From a virus, in IMG/VR virus record IMGVR_UViG_3300044511_000233, positions 14,751 to 78,750 of that record: a stretch of DNA of 64,000 nt. One strand, given 5' to 3'. Each line of letters opens with the position of its first letter. The first letter of the stretch is position 1. Under the pieces are notes generated by a model. The model was not told the DNA's origin, ran no database searches, and saw only the letters and a program-made list of their open reading frames with translations. The position numbers were made by a program, and so were the translations under genes. Positions 17,575-26,173 of the stretch are shown here, piece after piece.

Positions 17575-17838
17575 ATGATTATCCAGAATATCGACCTTGT
17601 CGCGGCTCCTGCCGTCACGATCGCTGCGGGTCTCGTCGCCCTGATCGGCCGGCAGACGATCGTGAACGATATGCTGAACAAATTCGAGGCGAGGCGCCGC
17701 CCGGAGTTTAGGATTGTGATGCAACACATCGTCGTTCCTTACACTGGAGGTTTTGTCCAGGCGGTCCGTCCTCGTTTCACTATTCGGGAGCCAGTGTCTT
17801 ATTGGACGCGACTTTGGAACGCGGTGCTTGCTCGATGA
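17575..17838 (+). CDS. Small membrane-anchored hypothetical protein
   Basis: AAGGA RBS; N-terminal hydrophobic segment. Confidence 0.55.
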   Translation: MIIQNIDLVAAPAVTIAAGLVALIGRQTIVNDMLNKFEARRRPEFRIVMQHIVVPYTGGFVQAVRPRFTIREPVSYWTRLWNAVLAR

Positions 17839-17981
17839 TCAATGCCGTTATCTTCGACGTCTACGGCACCCTCGCTAACACAAGCCATCTCGAACAGACA
17901 TCGACGAATTGGGGTGGGCGGCACGCACAATCTACACATGATCCACAAGGATCTAATCAGGGATTAACGTTATGTCTGTAA
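17835..17981 (+). pseudogene. 5' fragment of a Pnkp-type HAD 3'-phosphatase
   Basis: MINAVIFDVYGTLA is a degenerate DxDGT motif I; runs into AT-rich sequence and stops. Confidence 0.7.
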
Positions 17982-18164
17982 CACATCTTGTAATCCACAT
18001 GCTTTCCGCACTGATTGGCTCGCTCGTGGGGTTAGCACTAATGATGTTTATGTATGAGAAAGGTTTCGATTGGTGTTATGACCATTGGCTTGATTTTCGT
18101 GCATGGACGAAAAAGAAGTTCTCTCGCTAATTAACCGGCTGACGCAACATCCGTGGAGGGAGCC

Positions 18165-18623
18165 ATGGCAACTCATCAGAAGCCTAGGGTTGGATGTGCG
18201 ATTATTTTGAAGGACAGCGGAGATCGGGTTCTTTTGGGGCGTCGTGCCAAAGAGCCATACTTCGGAGCGTGGGTATTGCCGGGTGGCGGCGTGGACCCAT
18301 TCGAATCATATAGCGATACAGCTGTTCGCGAGGCGAAGGAGGAGCTTGGCGTCGACATCAAGGTTGAAGGACTTTTTGACGTGGTGGAGATCATCAATCC
18401 GCCATCCGAGCACCGGATTGTTATCTACGTCAACTGTCGCCAACTATCGGGCAGTATCCGGCCATCTTCCGATATTTCGGAGGCGAGATATTTCGACAAA
18501 AGTGAAGCTTGGGCCATCGTGCGTAATGGGTTGACCACGCCGACCGTGCGATCAATATTGTGCTCCATATTTGACTTCGATGGTGGCTCGCAAAAGGCTG
18601 GGACGCTTCGGGCCGCCAGTTAG
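18165..18623 (+). CDS. NUDIX hydrolase
   Basis: Nudix box GGGVDPFESYSDTAVREAKEELG; GGAG RBS. Confidence 0.92.
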   Translation: MATHQKPRVGCAIILKDSGDRVLLGRRAKEPYFGAWVLPGGGVDPFESYSDTAVREAKEELGVDIKVEGLFDVVEIINPPSEHRIVIYVNCRQLSGSIRPSSDISEARYFDKSEAWAIVRNGLTTPTVRSILCSIFDFDGGSQKAGTLRAAS

Positions 18624-19518
18624 AGTCCGTTTGAGAATGTCGTTCAATGAGCGATCCTTCGCAAGATGAGGCCGCCCATTGCGACGTGGATCATGGCTTT
18701 TGAGACGTCGATGCGCTTTTCATAGTCTCGCACGAGGCGCCGCCAGCGGGTCATCCAGCCGAAGGTTCGCTCGACGACCCAGCGTCGCGGCAGAACCTTG
18801 AAGCCCGGATCGGCGTCGATCCTTCGCACGATCTCTACGACGAACTCCTTGAACGCCGCCTTGTCCATGAGTTTTCTGCGATCATAGGCGCCGTCGGCGA
18901 AGAGATGTTTGACCCATGGCCAGCGCTTGCGGATGGCGTCGAGAATATGCTGCGCGCCCGCGGAGTCGGAAACATCCGCTGTCGTCAGATTGACCATGAG
19001 CAGCCGTCCGTCCGTATCCACTGCAATGTGGCGCTTGCGCCCTTTGATTTTCTTGCCGGCGTCGTAACCCCGCGCTCGCGCCGCCGGGGCTTTGACCGAT
19101 TGGCTGTCGATGACGCCAGCCGAGGGGCTCGCCTCGCGGCCGGCGCGTTCCCGGTCAATCATCAGCGCCACGTCGTGGATGGTCTCGAACAGAAAGCGGC
19201 GCATGAAGCGGCGAAACCACCAGTAGACGGTTTGCCAGGGCGGGAAATCCTTGGGCAGCATACGCCAGCCACAGCCGGCGCGGGCGATGTAGCGGATGGC
19301 GTTCAAAACCTCGCGTGGGTCGACCGAGGGCCTGCGCCCTTTGCGCGCCGGCGAGGGCAGGAACGGCTCAACCCGCTCCCACTCCTCATCGGTCAAATCC
19401 GTCGGGTAACGTTTGGTTTTCTTCTCAATGGCGGCCATCTTGGCGCGATTCGCTCGGGTCCACATCCCGAGCTTGAATCACGACCCTCACTCCGTCGCAA
19501 CCATTCTCAAACGGTCAC
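18623..19518 (-). mobile_element. IS5-family insertion sequence, 896 bp
   Basis: Terminal IRs GAGTCCGTTTGAGAATG / CATTCTCAAACGGTCAC (15/17); TA on both flanks; single transposase. Confidence 0.93.
18644..19465 (-). CDS. IS5-family DDE transposase
   Basis: YPTDLTDEEW, GCGWRMLPKDFPPWQTVY, IDSQSVK, ADGAY, RWVVERTFGW. Confidence 0.95.
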   Translation of the reverse strand: MWTRANRAKMAAIEKKTKRYPTDLTDEEWERVEPFLPSPARKGRRPSVDPREVLNAIRYIARAGCGWRMLPKDFPPWQTVYWWFRRFMRRFLFETIHDVALMIDRERAGREASPSAGVIDSQSVKAPAARARGYDAGKKIKGRKRHIAVDTDGRLLMVNLTTADVSDSAGAQHILDAIRKRWPWVKHLFADGAYDRRKLMDKAAFKEFVVEIVRRIDADPGFKVLPRRWVVERTFGWMTRWRRLVRDYEKRIDVSKAMIHVAMGGLILRRIAH

Positions 19519-19634
19519 TAAGATCAGAACTGTTGCTTCAACCCGCCGTGGTGTTCGACGACCGCGACCGGTCGGTTACCATGTGGCGATCGGAAGGCAT
19601 TCGATGTTTGCAGGTGGCCCCGGGGAACTTTTGA
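19519..19634 (+). pseudogene. 3' fragment of the same Pnkp-type phosphatase
   Basis: VFDDRDRSVTMWRSEGIRCLQVAPGNF* matches the T4 Pnkp C-terminal DDR..V.MWR..G..C.QVA.G.F pattern. Confidence 0.8.
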
Positions 19635-20200
19635 TGAGCACACTATCAGACTGGACCAACGTGATTGAGCAGATTTCTGCAAAGAATGAGGCTGAGCGCC
19701 GCAAGCGCGTCTATGCATTTCGAAGACAGACGGATGAGAAGGATTTTTCGAAGGAGAGCGACGAAGACCTGCTCGAGCTGTTCGTTCGTGCGACAAATGG
19801 GGTAGGTTGTTTTCATATTGACGAGCGCAATGTGTGGGAGATCGCTCACGGAAAGATTCGTGACGAGTTGATGCGGCGGCTGCGTAAGAAGATTGTCTGT
19901 GTAGTTATGGGCAACGACTATCCCGATGCCGTTTTTGAAGATCCGACCGATGCTGAAGCTTATTGCGTTAAGGAGCGTGCGGCGAGTATCGAGCACCTGC
20001 GGCAGCAATACGGATCACAATACTTAGATACCAATTGTGCAACTTGCCAAGTTTGCGCTTCACCAAGGGTAGGGGGCACTATAATAGGGTTCCCTGCACA
20101 TGGCTCGCGTAAACGAAGCATGGATAGTGTGGTAGGGAGTTATATATGGACAAGGAGTTTCTTGAGATCCTCGCCGACGTCAGTGAGGATCTTGCAATAG
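19634..20200 (+). CDS. Hypothetical protein (3' end may be read-through into an inserted AT-rich segment)
   Basis: TGATG coupling to the phosphatase stop; codon pattern changes after ~20030. Confidence 0.55.
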   Translation: MSTLSDWTNVIEQISAKNEAERRKRVYAFRRQTDEKDFSKESDEDLLELFVRATNGVGCFHIDERNVWEIAHGKIRDELMRRLRKKIVCVVMGNDYPDAVFEDPTDAEAYCVKERAASIEHLRQQYGSQYLDTNCATCQVCASPRVGGTIIGFPAHGSRKRSMDSVVGSYIWTRSFLRSSPTSVRILQ

Positions 20201-20355
20201 AAATCCTCTCGGAGTTTACGGAGGACGATTATCGACATTTACGAAAATCATGTGACAGGCTTGGGCGGGCGGCAGACTTACTGACGCGTGAAACGTTTGA
20301 CGTGCCGTTCACTGTCCTGGAGGTATTAAGGCTCTTTCGAAAGGCGGCAAACTAA
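20146..20355 (+). CDS. Small hypothetical protein
   Basis: GGGAG RBS; upstream TATAAT at ~20080. Confidence 0.55.
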   Translation: MDKEFLEILADVSEDLAIEILSEFTEDDYRHLRKSCDRLGRAADLLTRETFDVPFTVLEVLRLFRKAAN

Positions 20356-20423
20356 GTCATTGACTCCGTCATACGCACTTGATTAGCTCATTCTGATCAA
20401 TGCTGATTGATTGGGTGATAGGT

Positions 20424-20762
20424 ATGACGAGTATAAGATTAGTTAGACTGTCGAAAATATATCATAAGCTGGGGGTTAGTAGAAAGGTAGTATATTATTG
20501 GGCCAGACATGGGTTGTTGCCTGGGGCCATTAATCACAACGGGGTTTGGTTGATGAATCTCGATGTGTTTAATGACTGGGTCTCACAGCAGACTCAACCT
20601 ATTGAGGTAACCCCATGCTCTTTCAACGTAAGGACAGCCCATTCTGGCATACGAAACTCTCGAACGGAAAGCGGGTCTCGACCGGCATCCCCTGCAGTCG
20701 ATCTCTTCGAGAAAGAGCTCTGCAGGCTGCAGCAGAAAAAGAACGAGAGCTGCAAGAGCTGA
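20424..20762 (+). CDS. Excisionase-like HTH protein
   Basis: KLGVSRKVVYYWAR.G.LPG.....G.W MerR/Xis pattern; overlaps the int start. Confidence 0.7.
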   Translation: MTSIRLVRLSKIYHKLGVSRKVVYYWARHGLLPGAINHNGVWLMNLDVFNDWVSQQTQPIEVTPCSFNVRTAHSGIRNSRTESGSRPASPAVDLFEKELCRLQQKKNESCKS

Positions 20763-21679
20763 TACAGGCGGCTAGGAGCCTGACGCTCAAACAGGCGACT
20801 ACGTTATTTCTTCGCGACTCGGCAGATACGCTCAAAGCGTCGACGCTACACCATTACGCGAAGAAATTGGCGGTCATCATTGATGTGATGAATTCGCCGA
20901 CGATCGCCGAGATCAATCTCGAGTGGTTGAAGGGGTTTGTGCGTGAACGACGCCGGCAGACGTCGGACATCCAGATCCGGCGCGAGATCACAGCCCTGTC
21001 TTCGCTCATGGAATATGCGATTGATCGGGAATTGGAGGGGGCGCCGGAGGTGAACCCTTGCCGGCTGTTCCGGAAGAAAGGGTTGAAGAAGCCCGTCAAG
21101 AAACCGCGGTGGTTGACGGTCGCACAGGTTCGGGCGCTGCTCCATGCGGCAGCGAGGCTGCCATCGATTATCTCACGGCGGTTTTGGGTCGCTTTCATCA
21201 CGCTTGTCCTCGAGACCGGCCTTCGCCATGAGGAGGCGCTTGGGCTGCTGTGGGATGAAGTCGATCTCAGCCGGCGGGTGATCTTCCTGCCGGCTGATCG
21301 TGAGAAGGCTGGCCGCGGTCGGATCGTGCCTCTCTCCGACACAGCGATGGACACACTCTTGCACGTTCCTCGAGACCCGCGCATCAATTACGTCTTCGTT
21401 AATCCGAAGACGCGGACCCGCTATAACTCGATCGGGAAGGGATGGGTTCAATTGCGTATTAAGGCTGGGGTTCCTCATGCGAGAATTCATGATTTGCGTC
21501 ATACGTTTGCGTCCTGGACCCGTCAGTCCGGAATGTCGCGCGAGGATCGAAAAGACGTCCTCGGGCACCTTGATGACACGACCCACGGAGGATACGCCAA
21601 TGCGTCAATCGAGTCTCTGGTAGAGACTGTGAACAAGCACAGCCCAAGCACATTGCTCTCACAGGAGCAGGAGTTGTAA
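20615..21679 (+). CDS. int: Tyrosine recombinase (phage integrase)
   Basis: TGLRHEE, K, HDLRH, LGH, Y catalytic residues. Confidence 0.95.
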   Translation: MLFQRKDSPFWHTKLSNGKRVSTGIPCSRSLRERALQAAAEKERELQELIQAARSLTLKQATTLFLRDSADTLKASTLHHYAKKLAVIIDVMNSPTIAEINLEWLKGFVRERRRQTSDIQIRREITALSSLMEYAIDRELEGAPEVNPCRLFRKKGLKKPVKKPRWLTVAQVRALLHAAARLPSIISRRFWVAFITLVLETGLRHEEALGLLWDEVDLSRRVIFLPADREKAGRGRIVPLSDTAMDTLLHVPRDPRINYVFVNPKTRTRYNSIGKGWVQLRIKAGVPHARIHDLRHTFASWTRQSGMSREDRKDVLGHLDDTTHGGYANASIESLVETVNKHSPSTLLSQEQEL

Positions 21680-21715
21680 GGTAGCTCACCGATGAAGAGT
21701 GAGGGAATTCAAAGA

Positions 21716-21754
21716 CGGGGTATGGCGCAGTCTGGTAGCGCGGAAGTTTTGGGT
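21716..21754 (+). other. attP core: 5' half of tRNA-Pro(TGG), ending at the anticodon loop
   Basis: CGGGGTA-TG-GCGC-AGTCTGGTA-GCGC-G-GAAGT-TTTGGGT, then non-tRNA sequence; 36 bp after the int stop. Confidence 0.85.
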
Positions 21755-21881
21755 TTTTCTGAACCTGCAACTCTAACCTCCTGAAATCTCACTTCCAACC
21801 TCATCGGCATCTTGGACTTTGTGGGTCCTGTGTGGGTGTTTTGTTCCACACAGTTCCTGCACACACGCCGCGGGCCAGTCG

Positions 21882-22331
21882 ATGTCGCTTCACTTCGATG
21901 AAATTAAACGTCTCCTCATTGAGGAGAGTCTATCTCAATCTGAGATCGTAAAACGCTACTCTCACACGCTGTCGGCATGGCAGGTAAAGCGGCTTATTCA
22001 AGAAGCGTATGAGGACGTCAAAAAGACGCGTCCTGAGTTTCAGATGCGTCGCGCCCCCAGCGGTTTCAAACCCCTGGGTGCTACGAAAACGTTGAGTCAG
22101 ATGCACCTAGCTATAGGTGTTAGGCTCAACAATCATCGGCGAGTTGAGATGGATATGCAGCCGATGGAGTATTGCTCAAAGTTTAATTTTTCCAACCATA
22201 TTAGGTTGAGAAAAATGGAGACTGGGCAATACGATTTCTCCTTATCTGAGATGCAACGGATCTCGGAAATTGTTGGCATTCCAATGGAGGAGCTGGTGAC
22301 ACCATTTATCAGAAACGCATATGCTTGTTGA
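21882..22331 (+). CDS. Cro/CI-type (XRE) HTH regulator
   Basis: IGVRL...R...LRKMETGQYDFSLSEMQRISEIVGIPMEEL. Confidence 0.75.
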   Translation: MSLHFDEIKRLLIEESLSQSEIVKRYSHTLSAWQVKRLIQEAYEDVKKTRPEFQMRRAPSGFKPLGATKTLSQMHLAIGVRLNNHRRVEMDMQPMEYCSKFNFSNHIRLRKMETGQYDFSLSEMQRISEIVGIPMEELVTPFIRNAYAC

Positions 22332-22533
22332 TCTTCGAGAGCTGTGGAAAGCTCTGAAGATATATTCATCTCTGACAGAAACAGATCAAAAGATGGCGGA
22401 CCTTCGGGGCCGCCTTTTTATTATGTCAGACATGAAGTCGCTCCCCCCTGTCGTTCGTAAGGGGTTGAAGCTATTTATCGAGAAGGAGACTCAACGCTAT
22501 GAGCGCGCCAAACGACTTGCAAACGATCGCTGA
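22321..22533 (+). CDS. Hypothetical protein
   Basis: Coupled ORF. Confidence 0.6.
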   Translation: MLVDLRELWKALKIYSSLTETDQKMADLRGRLFIMSDMKSLPPVVRKGLKLFIEKETQRYERAKRLANDR

Positions 22534-22537
22534 ATAA

Positions 22538-23092
22538 ATGGAACGCTTTGGCCTGCACATTGATGGGGATCTTCTGTTCCTGCATCAGCAGGATGAGGCT
22601 CGGTGTTTGACACCGGGCCTCGCCGGGCTCCCCAGCCCCTACTCGAGCCCGAAACGCGCTCGATGTCCGCACCGGATCGAGCCCAAGGCTGGGGAGGTGG
22701 GCCACGCCCCCAGTCCCTTCGACCCTGTTCCTGATGGGGGTGCCTATTGGGTAAGGGGCGACGTGCGCCGAGCGGCGCAGCTCTGTGCCCCGACGCAGGG
22801 GACCGGAGTCATTCGCCCGCTTTGGGCTTGGAGTGTCAAAGATCTGCTATCGGAGCTCCATCTAACCAATATCGCACCGCTGATCCTCACCGCTTATGAG
22901 GGGTCGCATCTGCGCTCGATCGCGCGGCTGCTCGAGCTCCCCCGTGTTCGAACGCTCATTTTCTGTGGGGACCTGCAGCCGGCGGGGGCCGAGGCTGCGT
23001 CTATCCCTGAGATTGAGGGAGATCCCCGTGCGGCGGGCGCCGCGGTGTTGTGGGATTTCGTGCAACGCACAGTCGAAGAGGCTCGGAAGTGA
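22538..23092 (+). CDS. Hypothetical protein
   Basis: Fills the operon gap; GTGA coupling to the next gene. Confidence 0.55.
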   Translation: MERFGLHIDGDLLFLHQQDEARCLTPGLAGLPSPYSSPKRARCPHRIEPKAGEVGHAPSPFDPVPDGGAYWVRGDVRRAAQLCAPTQGTGVIRPLWAWSVKDLLSELHLTNIAPLILTAYEGSHLRSIARLLELPRVRTLIFCGDLQPAGAEAASIPEIEGDPRAAGAAVLWDFVQRTVEEARK

Positions 23093-23607
23093 ACCGTATA
23101 TCAATCGAACATCTTCGGGAACGCCTAGATTATGATCCTGAAACAGGGGTATTGAGGTGGAAGATTTACCGCAGTCCTAAATACCCAGCAGGATCTGTCG
23201 CTAATGGGTATTTAAGAAAACGAGATAATCAGTATGTTTTTAATATAAATGATACTACGATTCTGGGTAAGGAGTTATGTTTTGCTGTATTTTACGGTAA
23301 ATGGCCGTGTAGACGTGTAATTCAAAAGGATGGCGATCCTTGTAATTTTAAGATTATAAATCTTATGGAGGAGACAGTTCGGGATTGGGAGGCGCGGCAG
23401 AGACGTCCTGTAGGTAAAAGTGGATACAGGGGGGTCACTAAACAACCTAACGGAAAGTATCGTGTATATGTTTGCAAAGGGTCAAAACTTATTTATGGGG
23501 GTTGTTATTCGATAGCAGAGAAAGCCGCACAGGTTTATGACGAGCTTGCGATTAAATATTTGGGGTCATCTGCTATAACTAATCGTAGTCTTGGATTGCT
23601 GAAATGA
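23089..23607 (+). CDS. HNH-AP2 endonuclease-like protein, degenerate
   Basis: LDYDPETG, SGYRGV, EKAAQVYD AP2 motifs; HNH core VIQKDGDPCN lacks the His; low GC. Confidence 0.8.
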   Translation: MNRISIEHLRERLDYDPETGVLRWKIYRSPKYPAGSVANGYLRKRDNQYVFNINDTTILGKELCFAVFYGKWPCRRVIQKDGDPCNFKIINLMEETVRDWEARQRRPVGKSGYRGVTKQPNGKYRVYVCKGSKLIYGGCYSIAEKAAQVYDELAIKYLGSSAITNRSLGLLK

Positions 23608-24980
23608 CATTTCAACTTCGACAGGATCAGATCGAGGACCTCGCTTACTTCCTGCAGAACCCCAGAGCGCTTTTTCTATCGGAACCCGGAACTGGAAAGA
23701 CCCCGCCGGTGTGCGTTCTTCAGCGCCATCTTTGGAATGAGTATCAGACTGGCACTGTTTGGGTGATGCCAGACAAGCTGCTGGGGAAGAACCGGGATGA
23801 GGCGCTAAAGTTTGGCCTTTGGGATAAAGGCGATGTGATTATCGTTGAGAAAGAGGCCGATATACGCCCCCCGGCGAGGCTTTTTCTTATGACCGCCGCG
23901 CGGTTTCGGCTGTCGTGGCAGAAGCTGCCGGATTATGTCACCGCTCTTCATATTGATGAGTATCATAAACTGTTTGGGGGGGTGACGTCAGCTCAGACTG
24001 CTGCCATGAATCAGTTTATGTGGACTCACGGCAAGTATTTTCTGCCGATGACTGGCACGCTTTACAACGGCAAACCGGACACTTGCTATTCGGCGCTCGC
24101 GATTATCGAACCTCGCTATTACGGGAACTATGATCAATTCAAGGCATTTCATCATGTGATCGATATGTGGACCGGGAAGGTTATCGATTACGACAACCTT
24201 GATCACCTGCGCAAACTTCTCGATCGCCACTCACGACGTCGGCTCTGGGCGGATGTTCATGGTGAGGCTGAGATCGTTATCCACAAGGAAGTGGTTGATA
24301 TGGAGCCGCAACAGCGCGAGCTCTACGACACGTTGAAAGACGAGGCTATTCTAGAGTTAGAGAAATTCTTTGTCGATGGAACCCTACCTGGGGTAGCGTT
24401 TACGCGCTGTCGGCAGATTATGGAACACCCGAACTCCTTTCCGGATCTTACCAACCCTAAACAGACGGTCGATCTTATTCCAGGAAAGCGTCCTGGGAAG
24501 CTCGACTTGATCGATCTTCACTTGGAAGATCATGCGGTCAATAAAGCCCCGTTGGTCATCTTCGCGTCACTGCTGAAGCAGCAGGACCAGCTACTTGAAC
24601 TAACCAAAACCTATAACTTGAGGTTCGATATCCTCAACGGTGAGGTGAACCATAAGGATGCCTATGCGATGAGCAAGGCATTTGAGAGAGGTGATCTCGA
24701 TGGAATAATTGCGAGCCCTATCGTGGCTGATATGGGCCACAACTGGCAGTTCTCGGCAAATAAAGAGGTCTCGCACGCAATATACGCTTCGTTAGATTTC
24801 CGTGACAGTTCATTTGTGCAGTCGTATATGCGCTTCATGCGCGAGAAGCGCAGAAGTGCTCTCAGACTCACTGTTATGAAATACCGGGATTCGCTCGACT
24901 TTCGGATCGCTACTCTCATCAATAAGAAGTCTCGCGACGCTAACAAGGTTGATCCGACACGTAAAATTCTGGATTTGTAG
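23604..24980 (+). CDS. SF2 (SNF2-like) helicase
   Basis: GTGKT, DEYH, MTGT, Q..R..R motif VI. Confidence 0.88.
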   Translation: MTFQLRQDQIEDLAYFLQNPRALFLSEPGTGKTPPVCVLQRHLWNEYQTGTVWVMPDKLLGKNRDEALKFGLWDKGDVIIVEKEADIRPPARLFLMTAARFRLSWQKLPDYVTALHIDEYHKLFGGVTSAQTAAMNQFMWTHGKYFLPMTGTLYNGKPDTCYSALAIIEPRYYGNYDQFKAFHHVIDMWTGKVIDYDNLDHLRKLLDRHSRRRLWADVHGEAEIVIHKEVVDMEPQQRELYDTLKDEAILELEKFFVDGTLPGVAFTRCRQIMEHPNSFPDLTNPKQTVDLIPGKRPGKLDLIDLHLEDHAVNKAPLVIFASLLKQQDQLLELTKTYNLRFDILNGEVNHKDAYAMSKAFERGDLDGIIASPIVADMGHNWQFSANKEVSHAIYASLDFRDSSFVQSYMRFMREKRRSALRLTVMKYRDSLDFRIATLINKKSRDANKVDPTRKILDL

Positions 24981-25003
24981 TCGTCTCTACTAGAGACTAC
25001 TTC

Positions 25004-25035
25004 AAGAGGGCTGGGGCAACACCTCGGCCCTTTTT
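25004..25035 (+). terminator. Intrinsic terminator
   Basis: AGGGCTGGGG-CAACA-CCTCGGCCCT-TTTT. Confidence 0.7.
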
Positions 25036-25077
25036 ATATTGAATTGCGTCTACTTCTGACAAAACTGGAGACTATCA

Positions 25078-25743
25078 ATGGTTGATGCTGTGACCGCCGC
25101 GATCGAAGCCGCTCGCGCGCAAGCTGCCAATGTTCCCGCGCCCATCGTCGCTCACGCCCCTCCGGCGCCCGTCATCGTCGGCTCCGGCCGCGTGAAGTCG
25201 CTCGCCGACGCGGTCGAGACCTACGTCGAACGTCCGGACCTGTTCATCAAAGTCGATGAATACGGGATGGAGGTCGGCGAGACGAAGCTGATCGGCGAAA
25301 TCGAGGGCGTCCTCAATCTCGCCGATCTGAAGTTTCCCGACGTCTGCCGTTACACGACCGCGGGTCAGCACACTTACCTGCGCACTTACGACGGCGTTCG
25401 CGAGGTTCGCACCGGCAAGGCGTGGTCTATCGCGCTGGACGAGGCGAAGCGGATCGATCCGAAGGCCGACACTTACCCGGCCGTCGAATACATGATCGTC
25501 GTGACCAAACCGATCGTGAACGGGATGAACAAGACGGCTGAGGTCGCGATCGGCCAGCGTGTGGGCAACACGACCTCCCGCACCGGCTTCGACCCGGTGA
25601 TGAAGGCTGTGAAGGAAGCGGCCAAGCTTTACGGCGTCGACGCTGTCGTGAACGTAAAGTTGATCCATGAACCGCGTAAGAAGGGCTCCAACAATTGGGG
25701 CGTCATCAAGCTCGAGGTCCTCGGCCCTGTCGTGGCTGCGTAA
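25078..25743 (+). CDS. Highly expressed replication-region protein, possibly SSB-like
   Basis: GGAG RBS, strong codon bias, flanked by terminators, between helicase and exonuclease; function inferred from position only. Confidence 0.6.
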   Translation: MVDAVTAAIEAARAQAANVPAPIVAHAPPAPVIVGSGRVKSLADAVETYVERPDLFIKVDEYGMEVGETKLIGEIEGVLNLADLKFPDVCRYTTAGQHTYLRTYDGVREVRTGKAWSIALDEAKRIDPKADTYPAVEYMIVVTKPIVNGMNKTAEVAIGQRVGNTTSRTGFDPVMKAVKEAAKLYGVDAVVNVKLIHEPRKKGSNNWGVIKLEVLGPVVAA

Positions 25744-25748
25744 TTGAT

Positions 25749-25780
25749 GAAGGCTCTGTCCAACGGACAGAGCCTTCTTC
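25749..25780 (+). terminator. Hairpin terminator
   Basis: GAAGGCTCTGTCC-AAC-GGACAGAGCCTTC. Confidence 0.7.
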
Positions 25781-25799
25781 CGTTTTACGGAGCCCGTAA

Positions 25800-25961
25800 A
25801 TGCCCGACGTTCTTTTCGCCTTTGTCTACACCTTCGCTGCTATCGGCGCCGTCCAGTCCGCTCTGTGGATCAGAGAACCCCTTCGCTGGATGTTCTTTGT
25901 CAACCGTGACGGTCGGTCGGGTCGAGCTGAGAAGCATGTGCTCGACGACTCGGAGGACTGA
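25800..25961 (+). CDS. 53-aa membrane protein (not in ORF track)
   Basis: GGAG RBS; MPDVLFAFVYTFAAIGAVQSALW... Confidence 0.5.
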   Translation: MPDVLFAFVYTFAAIGAVQSALWIREPLRWMFFVNRDGRSGRAEKHVLDDSED

Positions 25962-25963
25962 AC

Positions 25964-26173
25964 ATGTGGTTTCCTGTTCATATCCATATTCCCGACGCGG
26001 CTCTGCCGATCTTGCCACTCGAGGCGGCGCTCGCAATCCTGATCTGGTGGGTGATTTCGGACATTGGACTTCCGGAGCGTGAGAAGGGGAAAGAGCTGCC
26101 TTACGTGATCCTGGGCTACGTCGCGGTCTCGATCTTCATTGGAGCGGCGTCCCTCCATAGGTGGGCTCAGTGA
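25964..26173 (+). CDS. Two-TM small membrane protein
   Basis: GGAGG RBS; two hydrophobic segments. Confidence 0.6.
   Translation: MWFPVHIHIPDAALPILPLEAALAILIWWVISDIGLPEREKGKELPYVILGYVAVSIFIGAASLHRWAQ

Noticed and set aside
18905-19633. N-terminal part of the 431-aa ORF 18905-20200
   Set aside because: It is the antisense shadow of the IS transposase; the real gene probably starts at ATG 19634.
21716-21800. Complete tRNA-Pro gene
   Set aside because: No 3' anticodon stem, T-arm or acceptor 3' strand. GAACCTGCAAC at 21761 resembles a reversed T-arm but is too short to support.
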